The notes under the pieces were generated by a model. It had not been told where the DNA came from. It searched no databases and saw only the letters and a list, made by a program, of their open reading frames with translations. A stretch of DNA of 64,000 bases, from positions 71,588,788 to 71,652,787 of the forward strand of contig CM120640.1 of NCBI GenBank assembly GCA_051362555.1, in the 5' to 3' direction. This DNA comes from Lingula anatina (Eukaryota; Animalia; Brachiopoda). This document shows, one piece after another, positions 48,701-60,718 of the stretch (position 1 is its first letter; every line of letters starts with the position of its first letter). The position numbers and the translations under genes are program-made.

Positions 48701-51700
48701 ATAAATCACCCTAAAATCTTCCCAATCCAGTTTGTCTACTAACTCTCACTGTGATACCAAGCACCAGTTTCAGTGCCTCCAGCAACCTTTGAGGATTGGT
48801 GCATCTTTAATATACAGCTTAATGTAATCACATCAGCTAAAAAACCACAAACTGGGGAAATTATGATGTTACTAATTTGTATTCATGGTGGATATATATT
48901 TTCTTATCCAAAAATCACCTCATCCCATGATACACTGAATTACAGGACATTGGTGATGATATCACATGGAAACCAAGCTTTTCAGTTAAAAGTTGTCCGT
49001 TTAGTCTCCTCAGAACTAAGATAAATTTGTTGTTGTGCTACAGAAGATATTTGGGCAGTGTCACAAATGATAAGTAATGGACTATGTCTTAATGAAAATA
49101 CTTAAAACTTATGCTGGATCAAAGGAAACTGAAACAGTTAAAACCAACTATTGACTACAGTTCTAGAAATGGCCCCAGCCCCACAAGTGTGTAAAAAATA
49201 TTTCTTATCCACAGCTGACAGCAACAGACAGCCTCAAACAAGTTTTAAGCCACCACAAATATCACATATATTCCTAATGTTATCAAAGCTTTCTACAGCC
49301 ACAACAATATGATCTTTATCAAAACTTAACTACATTGCAAGTAAAGCGAAAGGTGACTAAGTCATTGTGTAAACATTAACCTTTATTAAAAATTAACTAC
49401 AATGAAAGTAAAGAGAAAGTTGACTAAGTCAGTGTGTAAATATAAAACATGTCTAATTCTAATCTCCCTTAGCTCCAGTAATACCTTATCCCTAAAGTAT
49501 CTGCAGGTAATTACCAATTTATATGTCTTTATATAAACAAGTGAAATATTGGACACATACCACAGCTGACATTCCAATAGAAAGTTCAAAATCAGTACAA
49601 ACACCCAGTTAACTTAAGGACCCAGCTGACTAAACAGCATATATACCAACAGGACAACTAGTGCAATTTGGATATGAGGAGTTCTTGGACAGACCCCATC
49701 ACCAAGTAGCTTTATACTCTATTCAACAGGCACCACAAGACAGCTTACTGGTACTTTCAGTGTGGCTTTGAGGAGTTGTTGGACAGTGTATTAATCATAA
49801 GAACTTTTATACCTTTTTAACCAAAATAAATATTTTTGTTAAACAGAAAATCTACCAGCAAACAGCAGGTTATTATTTCTAGAAGATGACAGTGACACAT
49901 GTAGTCCTTCCTATTGTGCAGACAGCATAAGGTACTGATACTGACAGCAGACCCTATCCCTCTCAGATAATAGAATTAATTGTCACATCTATAATTGCAG
50001 TGATGTTAACATCTGGTAACATCAGACGACATGGCAGACAGCTGTCACCAACATCAGACTGACACACCTGTCACCAAGAGAGGGCTGACCCAGACACGTG
50101 TCACTGGGTGGAGATAGGGAGGGGGGTCATACCTGTCATGTCACCAGGGGAGGGCTGACCCAGACACCTGTCACTGGGTGGAGATAGGGAGGGGGGTCAT
50201 ATCTGTCATGTCACCAGGGGAGGACTGACCCAGACACCTGTCACTGGGTGGAGATAGGGAGGGGGGGTCATACCTGTTATGTCACCAGGGGAGGGCTGAC
50301 CCAGACACCTGTCACTGGGTGGAGATAGGGAGGGGGGGTCATACCTGTCATGTCACCAGGGGAGGACTGACCCAGACACCTATCACTGGGTGGAGATAGG
50401 GAGGGGGGTCATATCTGTCATGTCACCAGGGGAGGGCTGACCTAGACACCTGTCACTGGGTGGAGATAGGGAGGGGGGGTCATACCTGTCATGTCACCAG
50501 GGGAGGACTGACCCAGACACCTGTCACTGGGTGGAGATAGGGAGGGGGGTCATATCTGTCATGTCACCAAGGGAGGACTGACCCAGACACCTGTCACTGG
50601 GTGGAGATAGGGAGGGGGGTCATATCTGTCATGTCACCAAGGGAGGACTGACCCAGACACCTGTCACTGGGTGGAGATAGGGAGGGGGGTCATATCTGTC
50701 ATGTCACCAGGGAAAGACTGACCCAGACACCTGTCACTGGGTGGAGATAGGGAGGGGGGTCATATCTGTCATGTCACCAGGGAAAGACTGACCCAGACAC
50801 CTGTCACTGGGTGGAGATAGGGAGGTGGGGTCATACCTGTCATGTCACCAAGGGAGGACTGACCCAGACACCTGTCACTGGGTGGAGATAGGGAGGGGGG
50901 TCATATCTGTCATGTCACCAGGGAAAGACTGACCCAGACACCTGTCACTGGGTGGAGATAGGGAGGGGGGTCATATCTGTCATGTCACCAGGGAAAGACT
51001 GACCCAGACACCTGTCACTGGGTGGAGATAGGGAGGGGGGTCATATCTGTCATGTCACCAGGGAAAGACTGACCCAGACACCTATCTCTGGATGGCGATG
51101 GACGGGAGAGGGGGGGGGGGGAAGGGTCATACCTCCCCTGTTACATTGATATTTTCAGCATACGGCTGATTCTACCATTACAGACAAGAACCCAATTTTT
51201 GACACCCCCCCCCCCCCCCCCCCACCTCCTGATATTACTATTTGGCTATCACCGAGACTTTTAAAGGCAGGTTATACACATTTCCTGTGCAGCACATACC
51301 TGCTCGTTGAAACAGAAAGTGGTTATTTGGATTTTTACCTTTGGGAATCAGCTTCATTCTGATGTGTATGAACACAAATCAAATTTTTCATCAGATATCA
51401 AACTTTTAAAAACCCAGATTTCCAAAATGGTATTTAATAAATTGTGAATGTGTAAAAGTATCATCATACAAGTCTTCATCTCCCCTATGCTGCACTAGGT
51501 GGCTGAGGTTTGGTTTATTTCCCTGTCAGTGTTTCCTTGGGCTCTAAACCACAGAAATGAATCTGTGAGATAATATCATATGTGATACCTTTCAATACTA
51601 GCTAGAATACAGGACACTGGGCCCAGTGCTGGCCTCATCTACTGACTGAACAAAAAGGTAAAACAACTATTTTTAGCTTTACAATGAACTACAGCACATT

Positions 51701-54700
51701 TGTGAAAATGATATGCTTCAATTTGAACACCTCATACACTGTTATGATTTTGTTTTAGAAATTATACAAACTAATCTGAGATGAATGTGGCCGTCTCTCG
51801 TGTTCATTCTCACCTGGAGGTTGCTGGCCATTTGGCGATAATAGAACAGGTCCATGTCCTCCATAATAAGAGAAGACTGGACATTCTCAGACTCTGATCC
51901 ATTCCTGGTGATATTATTTCCTTGCTGCTGCTGTGACAGCACCGTATCCTGCTGTTGGCTGGGTGGCTGCTGCTGCTGCTGTAACATTGTCCATGAGTTG
52001 GGAACACAGCTCTCCACAGGTGACACTGGTATATCACTCCACACCTATCTCCATACAATCTGCTGTCACAGTGCTAACTCCAGCACACACACACAGGTTT
52101 ATCACTGACTGAGATCACTAGGATAAGGTCTGTGTCATCCTTTCATTAAACAACCACAATCAGAACCTTATTTGCATCTCATTTATCTCTTCTATCAGCC
52201 AGTGTGGCAGCTGGTCATGCCGTGTCCCTGTCAGTCCACAGCTACTCCTCCACTCAGTATGGAGATCTATCTCCACTGCCAGTACACTGTAGTCCACTCA
52301 CTGCTGCTGTACTGGAGCCATATACATGTGGCATTCCAGCCTCCAGCTGTAAGTTTCCAGTGATATTTGAGCTGCTCTCTCTTTAGACTGTGAACCAGAG
52401 TGCTCACTAGTCAGGGGGAAATGCTAATACCTGTATGACATGCCTCTCACTGCTGACTCATATATAGACTTCCTGTCCAAGAATAGGTGACCAGTGGTCC
52501 TCTATACACTGACCACAGTGTGTGCTATACACACATCTACCTGAGTTCTGATCAATGGATTATATCATGTGTTTACTCTGTGTACAAACACACCCACCAC
52601 CACACTATACTATACTATAGGCAGTGTGTGTATGTGTATTGTGATTGCCAGCAGTCCACACAGAGAGAGTAATCTATAACAGGTTCCTTTCTTAAGGCAC
52701 CCAGTGTCATAACTGCCCTGTCCTCCTCTCACATGTGTCTGTCTTCTCATTCCACAGCCCTACACTGTACTGTTATTTCTATATATTTATATTACGCTAT
52801 ATGTATATCTTCTATGTGTTCCCAGATTATGAACCCTTTGACCTCTGCCACAAAGGTGCCACACAATTCCTCAAGCAGAAAGGCAAACATAAGCAGCAAA
52901 CAGAAAATGTGGTCAAAAGGAAATATAAATCACTGCAAACATTCAATGAGAAGGGAGTTCCTTTTTTCTCCCTTTTTTATTATTTTGAAATTTATTGTTC
53001 AGGTATGCCAAAGGAAAGCATACTTCATATGATAACTAGAGGATCAGAGAGGCGATACCGCCTCCGAATATTGTACCACCAGCTGGAGCAAGCGCATTCG
53101 TATAGACCCCCACATACACAAAATAAGGGACACAGCCACCAGTTTTGTGCTTGACAAGCTGTAAAAATGCAATCAACAAGAATTTTAAACTATTGCAAAA
53201 AATATATATGGTACAATCAAATTTAAGTTCTTCGTAAGGTAGGTCAAGGGTCAATTTCAAGGTCACAGTAAATTGCCAGTATATGACTTCCTATTCAAGT
53301 TCAAGAGTATTTATGGACCTATCTCTGTCAAGTTTGAAGTTAAAAGAGAAAGAAATTAGCAGAGTTCAGTTCATGATAAAAAGTAGGTCAAAGGTCAATT
53401 TCAAGGTCACATTTAGATTGCCAGTATATGACTTTCTATTCAAGTTCAATAGTAACTATGGACCTATCTCTGCCAGTTTTGGAGATAAAAGGGAAGCAAA
53501 ATTTGCAAAGTTCAGTTTATGGTGAAAAGTAGGACAAAGGTCAATTTTAATGTCACATTTATAATGCCAGTATATGACTTCCTATTCAAGTTCAATAGTA
53601 ACTACGGACCTATCTCAGCCAGTTTTGGAGATAAAAGGAAAGCAAAATTTGCAAAATTCAGTTTATGGTGTAAAGTAGGTCAAAGGTCAATTTCAAGGTC
53701 ACATTTGGATTGCCAGTATATGACTTCCTATTCAAGTTCAATAGTAACTATGGACCTATCTCAGCCAGTTTTGGAGATAATAGGGAAGCAAAATTTGCAA
53801 AATTCAGTTCATGGTGAAAAGTAGGTTAAAGGTCAATTTCAAGGTCACATTTAGATTGCCAGTATATGACTTCCTATTCAAGTTCAATAGTAACTATGGA
53901 CCTATCTCTGCCAGTTTTGGAGATAAAAGGGAAGCAAAATTTGCAAAGTTCAGTTTATGGTGAAAAGTAGGTCAAAGGTCAATTTTGAGGTCACATTTAG
54001 ATTGCCAGTATATGACTTCCTATTCAAGTTCAATAGTAACTACGGACCTATCTCAGCCAGTTTTGGAGATAAAAGGAAAGCAAAATTTGCAAAGTTCAGT
54101 TTATGGTGAAAAGTAGGTCAAAGGTCAATTTTGAGGTCACATTTAGATTGCCAGTATATGACTTCCTATTCAAGTTCAATAGTAACTACGGACCTATCTC
54201 AGCCAGTTTTGGAGATAAAAGGAAAGCAAAATTTGCAAAATTCAGTTCATGGTGTAAAGTAGGTCAAAGGTCAATTTTAAGGTCACATTTTGATTGCCAG
54301 TATATGACTTCCTATTCAAGTTCAATAGTAACTATGGACCTATCTCTGCCAGTTTTGGAGATAAAAGGGAAGCAAATTTTGCAAAATTCAGTTTATGGTG
54401 TAAAGTAGGTCAAAGGTCAATTTTAAGGTCACATTTTGATTGCCAGTATATGACTTCCTATTCAAGTTCAATAGTAACTATGGACCTATCTCTGCCAGTT
54501 TTGGAGATAAAAGGGAAGAAAAATTTGCAAAGTTCAGTTCATGGTGAAAAGTAGGTCAAAGGTCACTTTCAAGGTCATAGTAAGATTGCCAGTATATGAC
54601 TTCCTATTCAACTTCAATAGTAACTATGGACCTATCTCTGCCAGTTTTGGAGATAAAAGGGAAGAAAAATTTGCAAAGTTCAGTTCATGGTGAAAAGTAG

Positions 54701-57700
54701 GTCAAAGGTCACTTTCAAGGTCATAGTAAGATTGCCAGTATATGACTTCCTATTCAACTTCAATAGTAACTATGGACCTATCTCTGCCAGTTTTGGAGAT
54801 ATAAGGGACTAAATGTTATAATTTTGGAGTTACCATAATGTGCCTTAAATTTCGTACAGAAAAAATTAATTAAAATAAAGAAAATGTCATTTTGGTCAAA
54901 ATTCTTGAAATAGGAGGTGCTCTGAAGTTTCAGAAGTTCAAATTTGATGAAATAATGTCATTTTTGAACACAAGTTGTCTGCTTTGCCAAGCCTTATGTT
55001 TTATTTTTCCAGAGTTCAAAATTTATTATCCATTACCGTACTGCACATTTTGCTTTTACCACCAATATGTACTTTTTGATACAGCGTAACTCGAAAACCG
55101 TATGGAATACAAAAAAACCGAGACCACCTCCAGTGTTGGGCTTTACATGCTCTACAAAATGCAAAAAAGAATGGGTCTCTAGCATTAACGGTTCCCGAAT
55201 TAGAGACAGTTTTCAGTTTCGGTATCTTATGGCCGCTACTCCCGTGAAAATGCACCGATTGACCCCAAATTCATGGAGATGAAAGATGACCTGAAGGGTA
55301 ACACCTTCCAATAATATTATTGGTTAAGTCTGTGTGGTGTCTGAATAACAGGGCAAAAAAAATTTTTTTCGTAAAAAATTTCATTTTTTTGAAAATTTTG
55401 GCCCATTTGACCTTGAAGTAAAGGTCAAAGGTCAAATCCAAGGGTATATTTGAAATCTACACATATGACTTTTGGAAAGCCGTCTATAGAAATTTTTCCC
55501 ATAACTCCTTCCGTAGGGTAGATAATTAGCATTTAATTTTGCCATTTTTAGACAAGGGTGCATTGCAATGAGTGCCACACCCAGACCCCAATACCGACAA
55601 AGCCCAAATTTTACGTGGAACGAGTTGAGATTATAGGTGACCTAAATCCATGAGATGGGTACGGGGGCCCTTACCGTCTAGGAGGAGAAGTGGTAACGGT
55701 AGCCGTCCGGCGGAGCCGGCGGAACGATCCGGACGGGACCGAAACCATGTGTACCGCCAGCGCTAACGCTGGTGGTACAATTAATTCAACTTAAAGCTGA
55801 GACTTTCCAGAGGCTGGTATCCTGTGAAAGCAGACCTGTACATCCATCAGCAGGTGCTCAGCATGAGTCCAGGGCCAGAGTTTACAGTCCTCACTCACTT
55901 CCTGATCAACTGAATACTGCAGCTTTGTTCTTATCCACAATAGTGGAATGACTGACACATACCAATGAGGATAAAAAAATCCAGGACAAATTTTCTTCTC
56001 TTTTTTCTCACTTCCCTTTTCATGACTACTGCAATTTTTATTTCTATTTAGCAAGTTAAATTTTTCATCTAACCCTCAGGCTTTGCATAAATATATTTAT
56101 CTGGTGCTAATGTAATAATAAGCTCCAGGTTAATATATGTTAAATAAAACCTTGCCACCAAAAGCTCAAGTTGCTCAGAATAAGAAATAGAATAAAATTA
56201 ACAAATTAATCAAAATATTTATAAATTAAAGGATTTACCATAAAGACCAAAATGAGTTTGAAACTAAAACGGATCTCTAAGAATTTGATAAAAGAAAATG
56301 GGATTAAATAAAGGATTTACCATAAAGACCAAAATGAGTTCAAATTTAAAGCACAGACCTCTAAAACTTTGATAAAAAAAGAGATAAAGGTGTTTTTAAA
56401 ACCTTTGATGCTGAATTTTGGTACACTAAAATTTGACTGGCTATTCCTACCATATGTAATAGAATAGATGAACAGATATATTAAAAATACAAAAGGAGGA
56501 AACATTTTAAGAGTATGTTGAATTCTTGGTATACTGATATCATAATGAATGTGGAGTTTCATTGAATTAAAATATTTTTTCTATCATCATAAAATCTTTC
56601 AATTAACTGATTTTAACTTAATTAAAATAGACATTTCAAGTTCCCCGTTTTAAAAAACAAAGGGCATGTTTGCCTAATGGTGTCTTCAGGTCCCTTATTT
56701 CCCCTCTCTCTCTATTCCTCTCCCTTCAGCTCCCATCTCTTCTTTCCCCCTCTCTACGGCCTTCCTTCTTCTCCTCTCCCCATAGCTCTATACAAGGATA
56801 GCTGGCTTCAATGAGTCATACAACTCATGAATTCCCTTCATCAGCAGCTGAGCTCCCATCTTATAATTCATTTTCCAAATACCACAGATACTGTGCCAAT
56901 ACTGCATTAAACCAACATCTGCTGACAAACAAAGAGCAATAACTCACCCTGTAATTCCCTGACATGCAACCAGGTGGAAAAAATTCATCAAACTCATAAC
57001 TGCCATCATATATTAATCATATTCAAATAATTTTTAAAAAAATAATCCAAAAATATGAATGATAAATATAAATCACAAAATGTCCTTGGTCCTAATATAG
57101 ACATTCCCAGTTCATAGTCTGAAGTGAAAATAAAAACTACTGATATCATTTTCTTCTGTAAATGCTGTAAATGCTTAGTTTTTACCTTGCTCCGTCCCAT
57201 CCTAGGACTAGCTGTGCCTGTGGGTCTTGGACTATAACTATACATACTGACAGAAGTACAGTGCAAAGACTTGAGACATCGACTGTGAATATATTATGAC
57301 AAGAGCACATAGAGTGTGTTATCCAGTAACTAGCTCCATGACTGCTTCCTTCCTGATACTGTCAACGTGTTCTCACTCTGATAATGAAAGCATGGCCTCC
57401 AGAACTGCTTTCATCAACTGTCTACGAATAAATTATGAATAATTCCCAGAAATCAATAGACACCAGTTTCCCCTACTGATGTTATTGATTAGTTTGCTGT
57501 CTTGAGTACAAAGGCTGTGTAAGCTACAGATAGAAACTTCACTCCATCACAGCAGGCATATCAGTAGGGAGACAGTACAAATATCAGAATACAGAGAACA
57601 ATTTTATTGATATTCTCCTAATTGTTATACAATTTCTACGAGCTACAGTACTTGGTCATTATATAATTATTACAAAGATTATAGTTTAGATAAATAAGTA

Positions 57701-60022
57701 CTGAATCTACTAATAACACGTGACTAGCTAGATAGAAAATATGTAGAGCATTTATATTGATTTAAAACCGTCCGTTTTTACAGAGAACAAGCACTGATAC
57801 CCTAAGTACAATTATTCCCTTTCTTTGTTATGTAACTCACATCCTTATTAAAAGTTTGTATTTTGACATGAAGTAAAAAAGCAAGGAATGCATCACTTGG
57901 CTCCAGTCAGATGAAAAAAAAATGAAGATATTAAAAAAATTATCTATGCAAACAAGAATTATTAAATTTGGGGCTTGGCAGTGCAATAACAGGCAATTGT
58001 CAAGTATCTCAGGAAAGACTTTTTCTAATTTTCTTTTGGATCAAAATTATAATCATGTTTTCTCTAATAAATCATGTGATCCTAATCAATTTAAAAAATA
58101 ACATTTTTACATAAAAAACAAAATCAAACAAAAATAAAATCACCCTTACCTATTTTTAAACTAAATGGCAGCTTATAAAAAGGTTTATGTATAAATTTAA
58201 TGTGAGCAGAAAATATTGGCTTATGTATAAATTTGCAAAAGAGGAAAATGACATAGAAGAAGACATGAATTGCCTTAAATAAAAACCTAGAGAGCATGTA
58301 CTAGTACATTCTTCATTATTGTGTTAGTTGAGATGTGACACTGAAACATTCATTGTGTTCACTCTGGAGCCTCCATAAGCTGAACAGAATCATGAGTGGA
58401 AATCAGGCATAGTCTAATTAAACTTTGAAATGAGTTGCAGTTCACAAAAAAATTCTTTATTATTATTTTTTCACAGATTATCTGAGTTTTACTATCTAGA
58501 AATAAAGCCTGTTTTGATACCCACTTTTTCTCACTATGATGACCAGTGCCTACTAAGTTATACTAAGTTATACTAAGTTATATCATTGTTGGTTGATAAC
58601 CAGTGAAACAGTTGGAAAGTTAAACCTGTATACTCTATCCATCCCTGCTTAGCGAACTCCAAAATTATTACTACCATATATCCACAGCTGTTTAACTAAT
58701 ATCAAGCAAGATAACTTACCACTTGCTTGTCTTTCTGACATTCTTTAGAAAATCGCTTCAGGTCTTCTGTACCAAGATAGGGAAGGTCATAATTTGTCAT
58801 GCCCTTCAGGATTTTCTTGTGAAATGACCTCCTCATTTGTCCCCGTAGAGTGTTGCGCCATGTTTTAAACGGTGTCACCAACCCACTGGTGCCTGGTTTG
58901 AGTGGTGATCGAAAGTCTTCCACTTTAAGTTCAGCATTAACCTTTTGTACTGATGTCCTTGCCTCCTTTACACATACATTCTGAAAATTAAAAAAAAAAT
59001 GTTCACCCCACTCTTTGGACTGATTAATCTGTTCAAAAGGAATTTAGTCAGTTGTCTAATGTAATAAAAGAAAAGTAACTTTTTCAATCAACAGCTAATA
59101 GCCTCAGAAGCCTGTTCAGCAAGACAAATTATAAGCCACATAGAAGAACAAGGACTAAGGTTTTGAACCAGGATATCAGTATTTTTTGGGAAATATGGGC
59201 AAATATTTTTTTCATAATTTTTTTTTTTTTTTTTTTTTTTGTTACCCCCACCCCTTCGATCCCCATTTAGCCAATGTTTAAAGGTTAAGCTTTGCTGGAT
59301 ACACTATGAAAGTATTATTGTATCAACTCATATTGGACACACCTGTGGCCCAAATATTTATCACTTTGTTTATTTCAGAAACATAGCCACTCTTCTGGGG
59401 AAATTCTAGAATCAAAATTAAAATTGGGGGGTTCATACCTAGCTCTTCTACTTCTTTCGTGGTAGATTTCAAGAATCTATAACATTATTTAACGGGTGAA
59501 AATCAAGTGGGGCAACCTTTGACTCATTTTTTAAAGTGGCAAAAAATTATAGGACGTGGTGCACTAAAACTTGAACAGCTTCTGATCTGAATGAGATAGA
59601 TAACAAATCTAAACGGTTTATTCATACAAAAAATATGTGGCTATATCTCACCATGTGTGGAGCCTAGTTTTTATATTGGATGCCAAATATGTCTTTTCAA
59701 TTCCCAAAATCAAAGCGTGCAAATCCCTGCCTAAGCATGCCTTTTTACGGTTTTTGATATGCACATACTGAACAGTTATTCATTGCTCCAAACACATCGC
59801 AGATAAATACAGACAATTACGGTTGCAGAGAAAGTGGAGTTTCCATTTTCTTCATAGTTCAGATTTAAATGGCAAACCTACCTCTTTCACCGGTTTCAAA
59901 ACACTGCCTGTTGAACGTCTCCTCTTTTTACTATCCAAAGCACGAAAATATTGGAAATTGTCCACATAGTCAAGCAAATCATCTTGAATTTCGCGCTTCC
60001 GCTTTGGCCTGATTGTCGCCAT
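30750..60022 (-). CDS. RTKN: Rhotekin (RTKN/RTKN2-like): HR1 Rho-binding, anillin-homology and PH domains
   Basis: Shared exons 40311-40118 (DLELQQKIDHEIKMRDG...), 39162-39113, 38804-38751 (DLRIPLMWKDSDHFKNKG), 35673-35553, 35223-35064, 34608-34571, 34309-34212, 34104-34004 (LPLFGNLCCRMAVQPYCM), 33160-33032, 32417-32252, 31272-31147, 30940-30750; all phase-consistent. One candidate 5' form adds 60022-59882 and 58980-58720 (less certain). Motifs match vertebrate RTKN (DTELQRKLDHEIRMR, DLRIPLMWKD). Confidence 0.92.
31411..32287 (-). repeat. 63-bp tandem repeat (14 copies) made of the RTKN PH-exon 3' end, donor and intron start
   Basis: Donor motif (plus-strand CTAC) every 63 bp from 32248 to 31429. 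Confidence 0.95.
32560..32744. mobile_element. Possible degenerate MITE (CTGGGGTAGC.CTA inverted repeats)
   Basis: CTGGGGTAGCACTA versus TAGGGCTACCCCAG; no clear TSD. Confidence 0.4.
33138..33863 (-). repeat. About 46-bp tandem repeat (16 copies) made of the RTKN intron end, acceptor and exon start
   Basis: Acceptor motif (plus-strand CTAAAAC) at 33161, 33207, ... 33844. Confidence 0.95.
36398..38087. repeat. 41-bp AT-rich minisatellite, about 40 copies
   Basis: Unit GTTTTATTCTCTCTCTAATGTACTGCTGGTTTATTATCATGTGA-like; unit length estimated at about 41-44 bp. Confidence 0.9.
39300..39780. repeat. 33-bp minisatellite (GAGCTAGGGGTTAGGGTAATGTCCTTTACACAA and variants)
   Basis: Directly visible, diverging at both ends. 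Confidence 0.85.
41161..44232 (+). pseudogene. LINE ORF2 (EN-RT), N-truncated and split by one in-frame TAA at 41917-41919
   Basis: ORFs 41230-41919 and 41980-44232 share a frame; the stop replaces the K of the usual KPW motif (ND*PWF). Confidence 0.85.
41161..44540 (+). mobile_element. 5'-truncated LINE (CR1/L2-group-like; APE endonuclease, RT, C-terminal Cys/His knuckle), antisense in an RTKN intron
   Basis: APE motifs GDFNAH and TDH; RT motifs PQGSILGPLLFLLYINDL and YADD; CSCGKPETIRHFFFQC; AATAAA and A-tail at 44519-44540; candidate TSD ATCACT at 41155-41160 and 44541-44546. Confidence 0.93.
45182..45880. repeat. About 50-bp minisatellite (CATCATCATAAGCCATGGCCAGTTCTATATCC...)
   Basis: About 14 tandem copies visible. 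Confidence 0.9.
46448..46643. repeat. About 40-43 bp tandem repeat
   Basis: CTTCTGTAGACTATAGCCAATGTTTGATAG repeated about 5 times. Confidence 0.8.
47158..47406. repeat. 30-bp minisatellite
   Basis: CACATTAGAACTGACTGCAGGGAGGGC repeated. Confidence 0.9.
50063..51090. repeat. About 61-bp G-rich minisatellite
   Basis: GACCCAGACACCTGTCACTGGGTGGAGATAGGGAGGGGGGTCATATCTGTCATGTCACCAGGG... about 17 copies. Confidence 0.9.
51814..51987 (-). CDS. RTKN: Alternative first coding exon of rhotekin
   Basis: MLQQQQQ...LIMEDMDLFYYRQMASNLQ then GTGAGA donor, phase 0; resembles the human RTKN alternative N-terminus (..ILEDLNMLYIRQMALSLE|DTELQ, recalled). Confidence 0.75.
53034..55783 (-). mobile_element. Non-autonomous Helentron/HINE-like element with an internal 146-bp satellite array
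   Basis: subTIRs ATTGTACCACCAGC (53070-53083) and GCTGGTGGTACAAT (55768-55781); palindrome at 55751-55778; terminal hairpin GAGGCG-ATAC-CGCCTC at 53049-53064; CGGA-rich tract at about 55705-55740. Confidence 0.75.
53241..54808. repeat. 146-bp tandem satellite, about 11 copies
   Basis: AGGTCAAAGGTCA-like motif at 53241, 53385, 53531, 53677 ... 54699. Confidence 0.95.
57186..57282 (-). CDS. Candidate alternative 5' exon of rhotekin (phase 2 to phase 0)
   Basis: TTCACAG acceptor and GTAAAA donor; open frame RCLKSLHCTSVSMYSYSPRPTGTASPRMGRSK. Confidence 0.45.
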
Positions 60023-60420
60023 TCTTGTTTTTGAATAGCGTTACTCTCAAATAACCGATGAGTGAAAATAGGTGCTAAAATAGTAAAATCTGTTCATAAT
60101 AAGTACAAGAACTGTAAATATTTATTTTTATATTGTGCATCCTATCTCACAGGAATACTCTGTTTTTAAGTACATTGTTGTAGTGATATATATTGGGATA
60201 AATACACTCGAGTGTTTGAGAGTATCTCACAGCTGACGAAGGTCGCTGTAGTGAGAGCGAGAATGTTGTTGTGGGCTGTTTCGTATCTATGCTAAGGAAC
60301 GCATAATGAGGATGTCACCAAACTTCAGACATCTAAAAGTGTAGGGCATTTAGTAACTTATGGAAAACATGGATATTAACAATAAGTAATAGTAGTAATA
60401 ATAATAATAATAATGCTTAC

Positions 60421-60507
60421 TTAGATCTACGTATGAGTGTGCGAGTGTTTGTGCCCACACGTACTGCTGTGACAGTGCTTCTGGGGAAATTGGTCTCTCC
60501 AGTAGAC
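60421..60507 (-). CDS. Candidate 87-bp internal exon of an upstream-initiated rhotekin isoform
   Basis: CTTATTTCAG acceptor and GTAAGC donor; open in phase 2 (STGETNFPRSTVTAVRVGTNTRTLIRRS), which matches the phase of exon 57282-57186. Confidence 0.4.
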
Positions 60508-60686
60508 CTGAAATAAGTGACATGTTTTTCTTTTCCAAATATGTTTCCCTACAGCTGAAGAGACCCTTACGGGATTTTAAAGACCAAAGAAAGGCTGGAA
60601 TGGTCATTGTTACCAACGAAGAGCAGGAGTGTAAAGTACAACTACATGTAGAGACATTTACTGAGAATAAAATTGCCCCTTCTCGA

Positions 60687-60718
<32 letters not shown>

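Noticed and set aside
53283-54554. Repeated ORFs (VYDFLFKFNSNYGPIS...)
   Set aside because: Translations of the 146-bp satellite with the frame shifting each unit.
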